A stretch of DNA of 64,000 bases from Octopus sinensis (taxonomy: Eukaryota). The notes beneath the pieces are model-generated. The model ran no database searches, was not told the DNA's origin, and worked only from the letters and a program-made list of their open reading frames with translations. Of the stretch, positions 50,765 to 63,871 are shown piece after piece (the stretch's first letter is position 1; each line of letters begins with the position of its first letter). The DNA lies in contig NC_042999.1 of the NCBI RefSeq assembly GCF_006345805.1, positions 162,316,001 to 162,380,000 of the forward strand, read 5' to 3'. Made by a program: the position numbers and the translations under genes.

Positions 50765-51972
50765 ATCCTGGCCAAGAAGAAATATATCTACAGATGTGAC
50801 AGAGTTGGAACTTATATACATTGAAAGTTGTGCCAGCACTATAGAATGATAACAGGAAAAAGATTGTATAGGCTTACCCCTGTAAAGGTCTCAGAAAATA
50901 ACAAAGCAACTGTACTCTGGGATATGACAGTATAAAATATCTGAGAACCAAGGAAAACTGATACAAATAGCCACAAAGCATGAACAAAACAACAAAGAAA
51001 CTGTTTTCTGTTTTCAAAGAAGCTGAAAAATACAAGGAAGAGGTCATAATACCTGACAACTATGAAGAAAAAGAAGAAACATCAAAAGCTGTAAAGCAAC
51101 TAAAATCTAAGCTGAAACTGACACTACCAAATATAAGAAAATGATGGCAAGAAAAGCTCTTGCATGACAAATACTAGGATAAGCTAAACAGAAAGGAAAC
51201 AGACAAAATAAAATCTCAACATTGATTGAGAAGTTCAGGTCTCAAAGCAGAAACCAAAGGAGTTTTAATTGCAGCACAAGATCAAAGCCTCCCCTCTAGA
51301 AATCATCAAAAACACATAATGAAGAAAAATACGATAACTGCAGAATATGTGGTGATGGGGCAGAAACAATAAATCATATTGTCTCATCCTGGCCAAGAAG
51401 AAATATATCTTCAGATGTGATAGAGTTGGAACTTATATACATTGAAAGTTGTGCCAGCACTACAGAATGATAACAGGAAAAAGATGGTATGGGCTTACCC
51501 CTGAAAAGGTCTCAGAAAATAACAAAGCAACTGTACTCTGGGATATGACAGTACACGTAGATAGAAAGAGCAAGGTTAACATGCCAGATATTGTCATCAG
51601 GGACTCCAAGAAAAAAATGCTTTCTAATTAATATAACAGTCCCAACAGGTAACAATGTATCTCTAAAAGAAATTAAGAACCTCTGAAAATACAAAGATCT
51701 GAAAATAGAGATAACCAGAAATAATCCTTAAAATAATAGACGCATTAGACATGGTTAAAAAACATAGTCAAATACATAACCAAAACACCAGGACTTATGA
51801 ATATATATATATAAATAACAGAAAATAGCATTGCTAAGCCCTGCACATATCCTATGTAAAGCACTTTCAATACAGTAAGAATAACACTAAAACAAACCAC
51901 AGCAAATAAGCAGGGCACACAGTGAAAGCAAGTAATAAAAATATAACCACTGAATAATAATAAATAATAATA
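50765..51972 (+). mobile_element. R4/Dong LINE 3' fragment with a duplicated 168-bp segment and (TAA)n tail
   Basis: LRSSGLKAETKGVLIAAQDQ, CRICGDGAETINHIVS (CCHC), LWDMTVHVDR..NMPDIVIRD (RLE). Confidence 0.85.
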
Positions 51973-52087
51973 CTTTCTTTGTTGGCCTTATGGGTCGCAA
52001 AAATATTTAGGACAATACAAAGACAGTGGGGATTTACATAAACCTGTTAAATAATAAAAAGCAATAACAATTAACAAGAGAATTATA

Positions 52088-52243
52088 GGCGTGGCTGTGT
52101 GGTAAGTAGCTAGCTAACCAACCACATGGTTCTGGGTTCAGTCCCACTGCGTGGCATCTTGGGCAAGTGTCTTCTGCTATAGCCCTGGGCCGACCAATGC
52201 CTTGTGAGTGGATTTGGTAGACGGAAACTGAAAGAAGCCTGCC

Positions 52244-52297
<54 letters not shown>

Positions 52298-52522
52298 CTG
52301 TGTGTCTGTGTTTGTCCCCCCAACATCGCTTGACAACCGATGCTGGTGTGTTTACGTCCCCGTCACTTAGCGGTTCGGCAAAAGAGACCGATAGAATAAG
52401 TACTGGGCTTACAAAGAATAAGTCCCGGGGTCGATTTGCTCGACTAAAGGCGGTGCTCCAGCATGGCCGCAGTCAAATGACTGAAACAAGTAAAAGAGTA
52501 ATAAAGAGAGTAAAGAGAGAGA
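52088..52522 (+). mobile_element. SINE family 1 (copy K)
   Basis: Consensus match. Confidence 0.95.
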
Positions 52523-52684
52523 TACAATTATCAGGTAGAAAGAATACTTGAATCAGAAACATGCAAGATTTGGGAAAAGAAGGAACATAACAAGGCCAGA
52601 TATTACAATAATAGTCAAAGAAAACTGAATCTGCTTACTGATTGATCCATCATGTTCATTTGATAGGATTGTGAAGAAAGCAGA

Positions 52685-53030
52685 TGAACAGTTGAAAAAT
52701 ACAGCCCCTTAAAATTTGAGATTGCAAGGATTTGGAACATGAAATCTGTAAAAATTGTAACCTATAATGATTGGTGCATTAAGAACTATGAGTGATGAAA
52801 TAGAAAAATTGATAACGGAGTCTTGAATGGAATGTCCTGTGGAGCTTCTACAGAAGGTTTGTCTCTGAAAAACAGGAAAGGTCATCAGAAAGGTCTTGAG
52901 TACTTGATGGCTTGTTGAAATCATGCAGATATCTAACGTCAACAGGAGTAAACCCCTAACTACATAAATTCTACCAGAAATAAGACCAATCCTGAGTCAA
53001 TATTATAATTATAATAATAATAATAATAAT
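52685..53030 (+). mobile_element. R4/Dong LINE extreme 3' fragment ending in (TAA)n
   Basis: EKYSPLKFEIARIWNMKSVKIV..IGAL..ELLQKVCL..KVIRKVLS-like C-terminus. Confidence 0.7.
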
Positions 53031-53076
53031 GCTGATGATGATGATGATGGTGATGGTGGTGGTGATGATGGTGGTG

Positions 53077-53135
<59 letters not shown>

Positions 53136-53689
53136 AGGCAGGTTCTGTGTGGAATAATGTGCTACACCGGGCTCCCCATTCAAAAACAAATCTAATCTAA
53201 TAACATCGGTGGAATGGGATAAAGGAACCTGTGGAAGACTTGAAGGAAGCAGCCTTTTAACGAAAATAATCTCCAAAATGAAATTTTACAGCCATACAAA
53301 GCACAGTTTCTCCTATGCACAATGTCTCAGTGAAACATGTGTGAAACACACGCGAAATCAACATTGGAAAGTTTACAAGTTATAAAATATAAATGGAATA
53401 AAACAGTCAGTACATAAATTGATTAATTATGCATACACTTGAATGTCTACACAATCATATATACATGTTGATACCCATAGGACTACACATAAATCCCAAT
53501 GTTTACACAGCATGAAATTTACAGGACACACATACACGCATATGAAAACATGTGTTACAAACAAAGCAAAAAAAACCCCAAAAAAACAAAACAAAACAAT
53601 TTTTTTATGTTTTGAAGTAACACAGAGTGAACAATTCATGAGTTTAAAAACACCACAAAAAACTATGCCTGGAGATAAATCTATTGACA

Positions 53690-56600
53690 AAAAAAAATAA
53701 AGATGAATACAGATCTGTTAGCCTTGAGAAGCTACTTTACAAGCAATGTTTTCATTCAGAGAACTCAGAGGCAGTGTTGTCTCAAAAAATCAACCCTAAA
53801 CAGACAGATCCCCCCCCCCCACCTAATGTCAACATCCAAGCTCATCATGCCTCAATGATAACAAAGCAAAATATAAACCAGATTGGTTGTCACCCGGATC
53901 ACCAAGGTCCACATACCCAAGTGATGAACCAGAATGGGTATAAAAAATCAGTTACTGGTTTAAACCTTCCTGAAACACAGGAGCTGGAAGTACCACACAA
54001 CCGGAATATTTCAACAGATGACCATCCACGCTCGTCATCAAATAACCAAACGTAAAAGAATGAAAAATGGTTTATGGGAGATAATAAAGAAGTTCTTAAG
54101 GCCTTCTATCATGCCATATATTTCCCCACAAATAAATCTAATACTGTACAAACCTACTTAAACTGGAGACAGAAACACCCTGAAGTGAGACCCTACATAG
54201 ACAGTAACAAACTTGCCAACGTTAGAAGAAACATTATGGAAAAGAAATTACTAACTGAAGTAGAGATTGACCAAATTGAACAATCAGTAAGAGATAAAAG
54301 GAAGGAAGTTGCAACTAAAGAAGATACTACAGAGGAAATAATTATAAACCAACCCAGATCTGATGAAAATGCAATAATGATTGAAAGAGTTAATCTAACT
54401 GATAAGCAAAGTGAAATACTCTCTGAACCGACCATAAACACCAAGGTCTGATGAAAATCAAATAGATGAAGAAAGTCACACAGAAATTGACCCAACAGAA
54501 CTACATGATCTAAAAAATCAAATCATGATTGAATGGCTGAAAATTAAAGAAACAAGAATAAATGAATGTGACATTTTCCCAAAAATTCGCAATTCTAACC
54601 AAAACCTGAAAATAATTGGTAAACTCTACTTAAGGATATAATTTCAGCTAATGATGTTGATATTACAGATCTCAATCACCTGTACTATGCATCGTGAAAA
54701 TCTCAACGATTCTGTGTGGTGAAAAGATTAGAAAATGACAACATTCCCACATAAAACTTACTAAGCAAGAGCATATTCAACACCAAATTCAGCTACTTAG
54801 GTCTGATAATGAATGTTTAAAAAACCTTAAGTTAGACAAACTATCAAACCAACGAAAATCTGAAAATTACAGAAAAAATATATGAAAACCATACATCGAT
54901 ACCACCGTGGAAACTATCAAGCAAAAGGGTATGCGCTAAAGCCACCTGCTTAGCAAGGTACGAAATGCGTGTTAGATTCTTCAAGGACAACATGTTCAAA
55001 AATAACCCCAAAAATTTTTACAGCAAGATAGGAAAAATATCAGTTACAGTAAAGTCTGTCCCATCAAAAGAAGAAGTGAAGGAATTTTGGAATAAAATTT
55101 GGGCAGAAGAAAAAACATACAATGAAAAGGTCCCTTGGATTGATAGACTTCTTAGACGAGCAAAAGTGGGAGGGTATCAATGTAGAAGATATAAAGATCT
55201 GCTCTCTGAGCAAATGGAAGTCTCCAGGAAAGGATAAAATTCCTAACTTCTAGTTGAATGCCTTCCCAGAGAGCCATGAACTGCTAACAAAACTTTACAA
55301 TATTTTGCAACAATCTAGTATGATTCCCTCTTGGCTATTTAATGGTGTTACATTCCTACTTCCAAAAACTGAAGAACCAAATGAGCCAAAACATTATAGA
55401 CCCATAACCTACTTAATGACAATGTATAAAATACTAACATCTGTCTTGACTGAATATACATATAGTTTTTTTAATAGAAAGTGGCATATTCCCTAATGAG
55501 CATAAAGGATGTAAACATGGGTCCTATGGTTGTAAAGATCAATAAGATGATCTTGGAAGAGTGTCACAAACAAGCCTGGATAGACTATAAAAATGCTTTT
55601 GACAGTCTACGACATAGCTGGATTAAGAAATGCCTGGAAATGTATAAAATAGCACCTACTCTGCAAATCTTCTTGTCTGTAAGTATGAAATCATGGAGAA
55701 CCACACTTTGAACAGTGACAATGAATCTCCTCAAAGCTGGAGATGTAAGATTTTCCAGGGTGACTCTCTATCACCACTCCTCTTTTGTCTATCCCAAGTG
55801 CCTCTCTTGAAATTGCTCGATGATGTACAATACGGTTATAAAATGCTTGATAAAAATATAAACCATCTCATTTACCTGCCAAGAAAAGAGGGTAGCCATG
55901 GACTTTTACAACTGGAATCAACAATGAAGATTGCCACAACTGGCCTAAACACCTACCTGAAAAACTCTGATGATTGGATGTTAAACTTGTCTTAACCCTT
56001 TCGTTACTATATTTCTGACCAAATTTCTGACCCCTTATGTGTTTCAATTAATTTCTAACATAATCATAAATTTAGTCTGGTTTCATTAAACAACTATAAC
56101 TTTTTTATTTATCGATATATTAATCTGATTTTTGGAAGATAATTTAATGAAATATTCTCAACCAATTCTATACTATAATTTTTGTCACAAAGTGACTCTA
56201 ATTGCAGGTAGATACAGGTAAATTCAACAAAATATAAAATTATTAAAATTTTGTTCAAACATCGCTATAGAAAATGGGTTATTAGCTAATATTCAATTGG
56301 GTATACAACAAAATTTTACGATAGAATTTGTTATTCTGGGTAACTTTCTGATACCCATAATAATATTTATGGCAAAATAGTCTTAATTTCATTTAAGGTT
56401 GTGGGAAACCACAAACTATCGTTTCTTATGCTTTGTTTACGTTTAGCGTAACGGTTCGTTCCCACCGTAATGATTTCAAATAGGCTCATTCGAAAAAGTA
56501 AAAAGAAATAGTCTAAGGCTTTACTCTTCTGGGAAAGCCTGTGACTTGGTCCAGTTTCTTCAGAAAAATCACCGAAAGAAACAGTTTTTAAATTTTCACT

Positions 56601-57322
56601 CCATTCGGGTGCCAATTCATTTTCTTTATCGCTGTCGATCTCGGATTCAGTTTTCACTTTCGGAAAATGAAACATCAGATTCATTATCAAATACCACATG
56701 CTTTTTTTTTTCAGTCATAGAGTTAGATTTATGAAGGTCTTCAGTAGAAAATCCTTCGAATTCTGACTCGCTGCTTGATATAATGAAATTCGTATCCATT
56801 TTTTGTCAGAATTACAAATTTTGAAAACACAATAGGAACAAATTTCGGAAAAAAATCTGCCAAAATTCACGGAATTAAAATTACACTTCGATTATTGTAC
56901 AAAACTGTAGTTGAACTCTTTACGAAGTATAATACGTGTTTTCACAAATGTACTAAAGAGATTTGCTCTGATATTCTCATTTAAATATGAATAGGTAAAT
57001 TCGGGCGGCTTTGGGCGGTTTGGTTTCATTAACCAAAATTTTTTTCGGGAGGCTTTGGGCGGTTTGGTAACGAAAGGGTTAAAGCATGAAAATAAGAAAG
57101 CATCATACAAAACAGGCAAAGGAATATCTAAGTGAATTCCAACAAATTCCAGAATTAACTGTACTGAAAACAAGCACAGAAAAAGCTAATCATATGAGAA
57201 CCTGTGTTAAAACTGCTGCCTTAGATATTCTTAATGATAAATGGCAAGGGAAACCTCTCAATGGCAAATACCCAAAGAGAGCTAATAGTGCCGATGTTGA
57301 CAAAGCCCTTACCCAACTTAAG
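53690..57322 (+). mobile_element. R4/Dong LINE element A (5' part through RT, 3'-truncated), disrupted by a piggyBac derivative
   Basis: KEVLKAFYHA..KLANVRRNI N-terminus, FKNNPKNFY, YRPITYL, AWIDYKNAFDS, IFQGDSLSPLLFCL, YLPRKEG, WQGKPLNGKY. Confidence 0.88.
55996..57078 (-). mobile_element. piggyBac internal-deletion derivative with 5' transposase fragment
   Basis: TTAA TSD (55992-95, 57079-82), perfect TIR CCCTTTCGTTAC. Minus-strand ATG at 56799: MDTNFIISSSESEFEGF..., then after a frameshift WSENL..FSEETGP..ALDYFFLLF..TNRYA..WFPTTLNEIK, cut at ~56370. Confidence 0.93.
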
Positions 57323-60120
57323 AGAACAAAAAATGGCAGAGCAAAAGAACCATGGTGGAAACAATGCATTGAAAGGGATATAATGCAGGCAAGGCAAGAT
57401 CTAGGAAAAATTGAGCAATGGTTAAGAGGAAACTGGAAAAATGGGAAAAAGACTGACCAAGAAAAATTAGAGAAGAAATATAAAATATGGAAGAATGGGT
57501 TTGATGCAGTAATAGAGCAGTTAAAACAGAGGATCATGGCAAAATTCAGAAGATCAGAAGATTTGTGAACAGAAGTAAGCAGTTCGGGGAGAACAGATTG
57601 TTAAAAAATAACCCAAAGTAATTCTTCCGAAAGTTAGAAGAGGACAACAGGGAAAATGTTGCTCCTGATGCAAATCAAGTTAAGGAATTCTGGAGCGGAT
57701 TATGAAGAAACAATGTGGTGCATAAAAGGGATGCAATGTGGATAGGAACTATCAAGACAGAATCACAAGGAGGAAAGAAACAAAGGAATACTGTCATAAG
57801 CACGGGTGATGTGAAAGAACAAGTGGGTAAAGGGACTAACTGGACCCCATCCCCAATCAGATGGGATTCATGGCTTTTAGCTGAAGAGATGCCATGGAGT
57901 ACATGAAAGACTAGCAGCCCAATTGAATGGGTGTGTCTGGAAAGGTACAGTCCCCACGTGGATGGTGACTGGGAGGACAACACTTATAATGAAAGATGGA
58001 AGAAAGGGGAATATTGTGGGGAACTGCTATCCAATAGCATGCCTAAACATAATCTGGAAGATACTCACTGGAATATGTGCAGCAAAGAACACTTTCCTGG
58101 CACAGGAAGAAATACTACCAAGGGAAGAAAAAGGATGTAGGAAGAATTCTCAGGGTACCAAAGATCACCTGGTCATCAATAAAGCAGTTTTGAGGCATTG
58201 TAAAAAACATCATACAAACATGTCTATGGCTTGGATTGACTTGAAGAAGGCATATGATATGATGCCTCATTCTTGGATCGTTGAATGTCTGCAGATTTTG
58301 CGTTGCTGACAACATCACAAATTTTCTGATGCATCGCATGAAAGAGTGGAAAACCAAATTATACTCCAGTAATGTATTCCTTGGAGAAGTTGATATTAAA
58401 AGGGGCATCTTCGAAGGTGACTTGTTTTCTCCGTTACTATTTGTAATTGCACCAATACCCATAACAATGACACTTAGGAAAGTTAAGATGGGTTAGCAAT
58501 GTGGGAAGAAAGGCCCATCATTGAACTATCTTCTGTTTATGGATGACCTGAAATTGTTTGGGAAATCTGAAAAACAGATTCCTTAACCAAAACAGTCCAG
58601 AACTGTGGTAGGGACACCGGTATGGAATTTGGGATTACCAGGTGCTCAGTACTTAATATGAAAAGAGGGAAGAAAGTAGCCTGCAGAGGATTGCAGTTAC
58701 CATCAGGAAAGACAATGGGTGAACCCGACAGCAGTTGGAATAGATATTTAGGGATTTTGGAGCTGGATGACATTCTACACAGAGAAATGAAAGTCAAGGT
58801 CAGTGAGGCGTATTAAAAAAGGGTGAAGATGATGTTGAAATCTAACCTGAATGCCAAAAATTTGATTACCACAATGAATATCTGGGTAGTTGTGGTCAGA
58901 TATAGTGCATCCGTTCTCAAATGGACTAAGGAGGACATATCAACACTGGATAGAAGGACAAGAAAGTTGATGACGTTGCATGGGGTGCTAAAACCGAAAG
59001 CAAACGTAAATAGACTGGATATAAAAAGAAAGGATGGTGGCAGAGGATTAATTAGTATAGACCATTGTATAAGGAGTGGAAGGAGAATGCTTGTCGAGTA
59101 TTTGATAAATAGTGATGAAGACCTGCAGCCATATGCCACGAAAGATATGGGTGTAATTGCAGATGAAATGATGGGCAAGGAAGAGTTTAACCAAAGAGCT
59201 GAGGAGAAGAGAAAAGAAGGCCTTCTTGAAATGAGAATGCATGAACAGTTTGAAAAGAATACACAGGACGTTAGGGATAATACAGCATCGAGGGTATGGC
59301 CTGGGTAAGGTGATTTGAAGTGTACTACTGAAAGCTGCACAAGACCAGGCTCTTGCTACCAATTCGATGAAGTTTAACACCTATAAGACTTCTGACACCC
59401 AGAAATGCAGACTCTGTGGAAAGAGTGAGGAAAATGTGACATTCTTGGTAAGTGGATGTAAGAACCTTGCACTAAAAGAATATAAGCGCTGCCATGATAA
59501 AGTGTGTATCTTCATTGGCTCTTATGAGCATGTACCAAATAATGTATCGCTGCCACAATAAAGTATGTATGTATCTTCATTGGCTCTTCTGCTGTAAATA
59601 CCAATAAGAAGGAACAGAGAACTGATATGTGCATGTACCAAATAAAGTTATGCAGGAGGATGGAAAAGTAATGATACTCTGGGACTTCGATTTTCAGACG
59701 AATCATGTAATCGAACACTGTCACCCAGATATTGTCACATTAAATAAGAGAGACAAATACTGTCAGATCATTGATGTAGCCATACCAAATGACATGAATG
59801 TTGTGAGTAAAGAGGTTGAAAAAAGTCATCAAGTACTCCAAACTGAAAGTGGAAATGACAAGACTGTGAGAGGGTAATGTAAAAGTGATACCAGTGGTGA
59901 TCGGAGTGTTCGGCTCAATTCCAATAAAACTTCAAAACTTCTTAAGGCAACTGGAAATCCCATGCAAGATTGATGTCTTGCAAAAAGCAGCCTTATTGGG
60001 TACAGTGCACATCTTAAGGAAAGTATTATCTGTCTGAGGTTGTTGTTGTGACTTGACAGATGACTAAAGACTCAGGTAAATTTTTACCGACACTGTGTTA
60101 CAAAGGAATAATAATAATAA
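57323..60120 (+). mobile_element. R4/Dong LINE element B (5'-truncated; RT, CCHC, restriction-like endonuclease, (TAA)n tail)
   Basis: KEPWWK, MAWIDLKKAYDMMPHSWI, GIFEGDLFSPLLF, LFMDDLKLF, KDGGRGL, AAQDQAL, CRLCGKSEENVTFLVSGC, ILWDFDFQTN..HPDIVTLNK..IIDVAIPND. Confidence 0.92.
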
Positions 60121-61213
60121 CAACTAGTGGGACCTATGAATATTTCATAGAATTAATGGTTAACCTATTGGGTTATTTCTGAAAACTTAATCCAAAAAAC
60201 CTGAAAGTGTAGCCTGTATTGTGTTCGTATGGAAAGACAGTCGCTCATCTACTACTCATTGAAAAGTGAAAGAAACTGGAATACGGTGATTATTTAATGC
60301 AGTTCATATACTTTATGCACAATTTTATAGACTTAATACACAGCACTCATAAAATAAATATTCACTCTTATTTTTCCATTTTCCCCAAAACATAAAAATA
60401 TCCCATACATATGATACAATCTTTAGTTAAATTACATATATCTGCCACATAAACATATTTCATGAGATTGCACTTATGTGCATGCATTTAGTCATAGATG
60501 ATATAAATAAAACTTAGTTAAAAAAAAATACACTTTTCACTATCCAATCACCACCACCATCACCATCACCACTGCCATCATCACAATCACCATCATCTCT
60601 CTCCCCACTCTCTTTCTCTGACTTTTTTAACCTCACCATCAGAACATTGCTCCTCTGGTAAAATTATTACATTCCTACTATCTCATGTCATGGATGCTTC
60701 TCTCTTGCTTTTTCTTTCTCCCTCTTTCTGTTTCACTCTTTGCCTTATCCTCTTTTTCTCACTCCTTTTCCTTTCTCTTCTCTTTCCCTTCAACTAAATC
60801 ATATGAAAGCGTTACAATTACAATCCCTCTACCTCACCTCATGGATGCTTCTCTCTCCCTCTTTTTCTAATCATGGGAAAGCGTTAACAACAGGCTTAGT
60901 AATGCAATGACAAGCAGAATTATTTAAGGTAATAAGAATAATAACAAATAATTTCTAACTTTGGCACAATGCAACACATTTGTGAATAGGGGTAGAGCTA
61001 ATTAATGATCTTCAGTACTTTACAAATATCAATTTTCATCAATTCTGGAAGAATAAATGGTAAAGTATGCTCTGGTAGGATTTGAACTCAGAATATAGGA
61101 GGAATGTTATTAAACATCTTGCAATATTTAGTCCAGTACTCTACCAATTCTGCTATCTGCTACTCTCTTGGAGTTAAGGGGAGCTGTTATATGGTTTCTT
61201 GGCCTACTAGAAA

Positions 61214-61512
61214 TCTTTATATATAAAAGTGAAGTTGTGTGTCTGTCTCCTACGATTTAGATTCCTAACTACTCCCACATTTTGCGATGCAGTGTAACCA
61301 AAAGCAGGTATCTTATAGTCGTGATTCATATCGAGCCCTTCTGGGTATTAGTGCGCGTCTACGATGAGTCTATGATTTAAAAAAAAATTTACCATCATTT
61401 TTCCCCTTTTTAATGCATTTTTTTTGCTATTATATAAGGGAAGTAACTCTCTAAAAATGCTTATATAGTTATTTCCCTTACAAACCCGAGCAACGCTGGG
61501 CGATACTGCTAG
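61214..61512 (+). mobile_element. Non-autonomous Helitron (H9, short form)
   Basis: A|TC ... hairpin ... CTAG|T. Confidence 0.92.
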
Positions 61513-62040
61513 TAACATACAAATCTCCATCAACAATGCTTGCCATCTTTCAAAAAAGGACACTTTAGATAATGTAATCACTGAGATATAAAGACTCCAT
61601 GCTCATAGCTGAATTGCCTTTGGTTGTTAACTTTACTGACTTGAGGCTTACTTGGGGCTAACAACAACAGCATCCTTCTTCAACTTCCTATAGTACATAT
61701 GGGTCAAACCTACTTTGAGCTGATCAAAAATAAACTCTATGAGATGTTATTCTTCATAGGCTGTCAGTAGGGAGCTTAAATTATTTTTTTACACAAATAA
61801 CTATGCGGTAAGGAGTGTGTACAAATTGCTAAAGCCACACTCAGTATTTTGGCCATACCAGTAACAAAATAAACAACTACTACAAGTAATGACAAAACCA
61901 AACAGTAAGAAACATAAGAATACAGAAGAGAAATATAGAAACAGCAACAACAACATCAGCAAGAGAGCTTGGAATTTGTATACTGTGACCTCTTATCAAC
62001 CACTACAGTAAAAAGACAAAAAAAGAAAAAAAAAAACATC

Positions 62041-62196
62041 TGTGTGGTAAGTAGCGTGTTTACCAACCACATGGTTCCGGGATCAGTCCCACTGTTTGCA
62101 CCTTGGGCAAGTGTCTTCTACTATAGCCCCGGGCCGACCAAAGCCTTGTGAGTGGATTTGGTAGACGGAAACTGAAAGAAGCCTGTCGTATATATG

Positions 62197-62243
<47 letters not shown>

Positions 62244-62444
62244 TTGTCCCCCTAGCATTGCTTGACAACCGATGCTGGTGTGTTTATGTCCCCATCACTT
62301 AGCGGTTGGCAAAAGAGACCAATAGAATAAGTACTGGGCTTACAAAGAATAAATCCCGGGGTCGAGTTGCCCGATTAAAGGCGGTGCTCCAGCATGGCCG
62401 CAGTCATAATGACTGAAACAAGTAAAAAGAAAAAGAAAGAAAGA
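62041..62444 (+). mobile_element. SINE family 1 (copy L)
   Basis: Consensus match, slightly 5'-truncated. Confidence 0.93.
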
Positions 62445-63871
62445 ACAACAAGAGCCCATCTACTTAGCGTATCCTGTTTAGGGTACTGAGTATCTCATCA
62501 TAAGAAACAGTACAAAGATGACCAAGGCTTGAATACCAACAATCCTTCCTTTAGACTACAATACTATGGAGAGAGATGCAGTTCACTGTTGTAGGCAGGA
62601 GAATCATTATATAATTGACAAATATTTCTTTTTTAAGTCAATGCTGATAGTTCTCAAAGCATCCTGTAGAGGAAGCCTATGTGGCAAAACCATGATATTA
62701 TAACAAAAGTACATAAAGTCAGAATTGTCAAACTTCAGAAGCCCTGAGTCAACTTACTGCTGGGGGATCTATTATTCCATGAATCTATCTCAACCAGTTT
62801 GATAGTAATTCAGCATGAGACACATGGTCAGAGTAGTAATTGGCCTAGCTAGTACAGACAACTAAGGCACAGCTTCATGCATTCAAACTGATAAACAACA
62901 ATGATCTGAGGAGTAACTACTATTAAATGAAAACAAGACAACAAAGAAAACTACAAGGGGGAAAAAAAGAGTAGATATGGGCTATGATGACACAAAACAC
63001 TATCAAAGAAAAAAAGAAAGAAAAAGTTTGACATCTAAATTGTAGAAATCTGTAATCAAGATATACTACTTGTGACAACCATATTGATTTGTTTATTCAT
63101 GTATGAAATAAATATGCAAATCATTTCTAGAATCTTCAGATATTCTAATTACAGAGAATACACACATACACACACACATGTGTGTGTATCCATCCCCTAA
63201 AAAATAAACAAATAAAAAATTTTAAATGTATATATAAATAAAAACAAAATATCCTAATTACAGAGATGAGAAAGTAAAAATAAAATAAAATCTAAGAAAT
63301 AAATTTAAAAAATAGATGAATAAATTTTCAGTAAATATCCTAATTACAGTCAAAATTATATATAATATAAAAGCATAAAATAAAATCAATGAATTCATCA
63401 CTATTATTTTTATTTTTCCCCTTAGTATTTCTTTCAATATGTAGATTGGTTATTTATGACTTTTCACTGAAATGGGAGTGATAATATTGGTCAAGCAGAG
63501 AGCATTAAACTTCGCTCACAAGCCAGACAGCCCTTTGATGGACTTGAACTCAATACTACTTGCTCATGAAATATTAATTAGACCATGGTCCAATTTTTTA
63601 TTGTGATATCTACCTTTCATATACAGTTGAGAGTTCAAATACACGGCAGATGTTTCACTGTTTCTGTATAGAACACATTATTTTACATAGCCTCAGTTCA
63701 CCTTGCTACCAGTGGCTAATAGGTTCCCAGTCATCTTGTGAATGTAGCCCGATATAAGGTTCGTATCCGATTCACGGAGGCATTTATTTCTCATCCGCTT
63801 GATGACAAGAGGCTGGAGCTAAGTCTTGATATTTGAAGGATCCTCAGAAGTGTGAAGACATTTACATTTTA

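Noticed and set aside
63480-63860. Unique-looking, moderately GC-rich segment with short open frames
   Set aside because: No recognisable motif or splice pair could be supported from the sequence alone; it needs a homology search.
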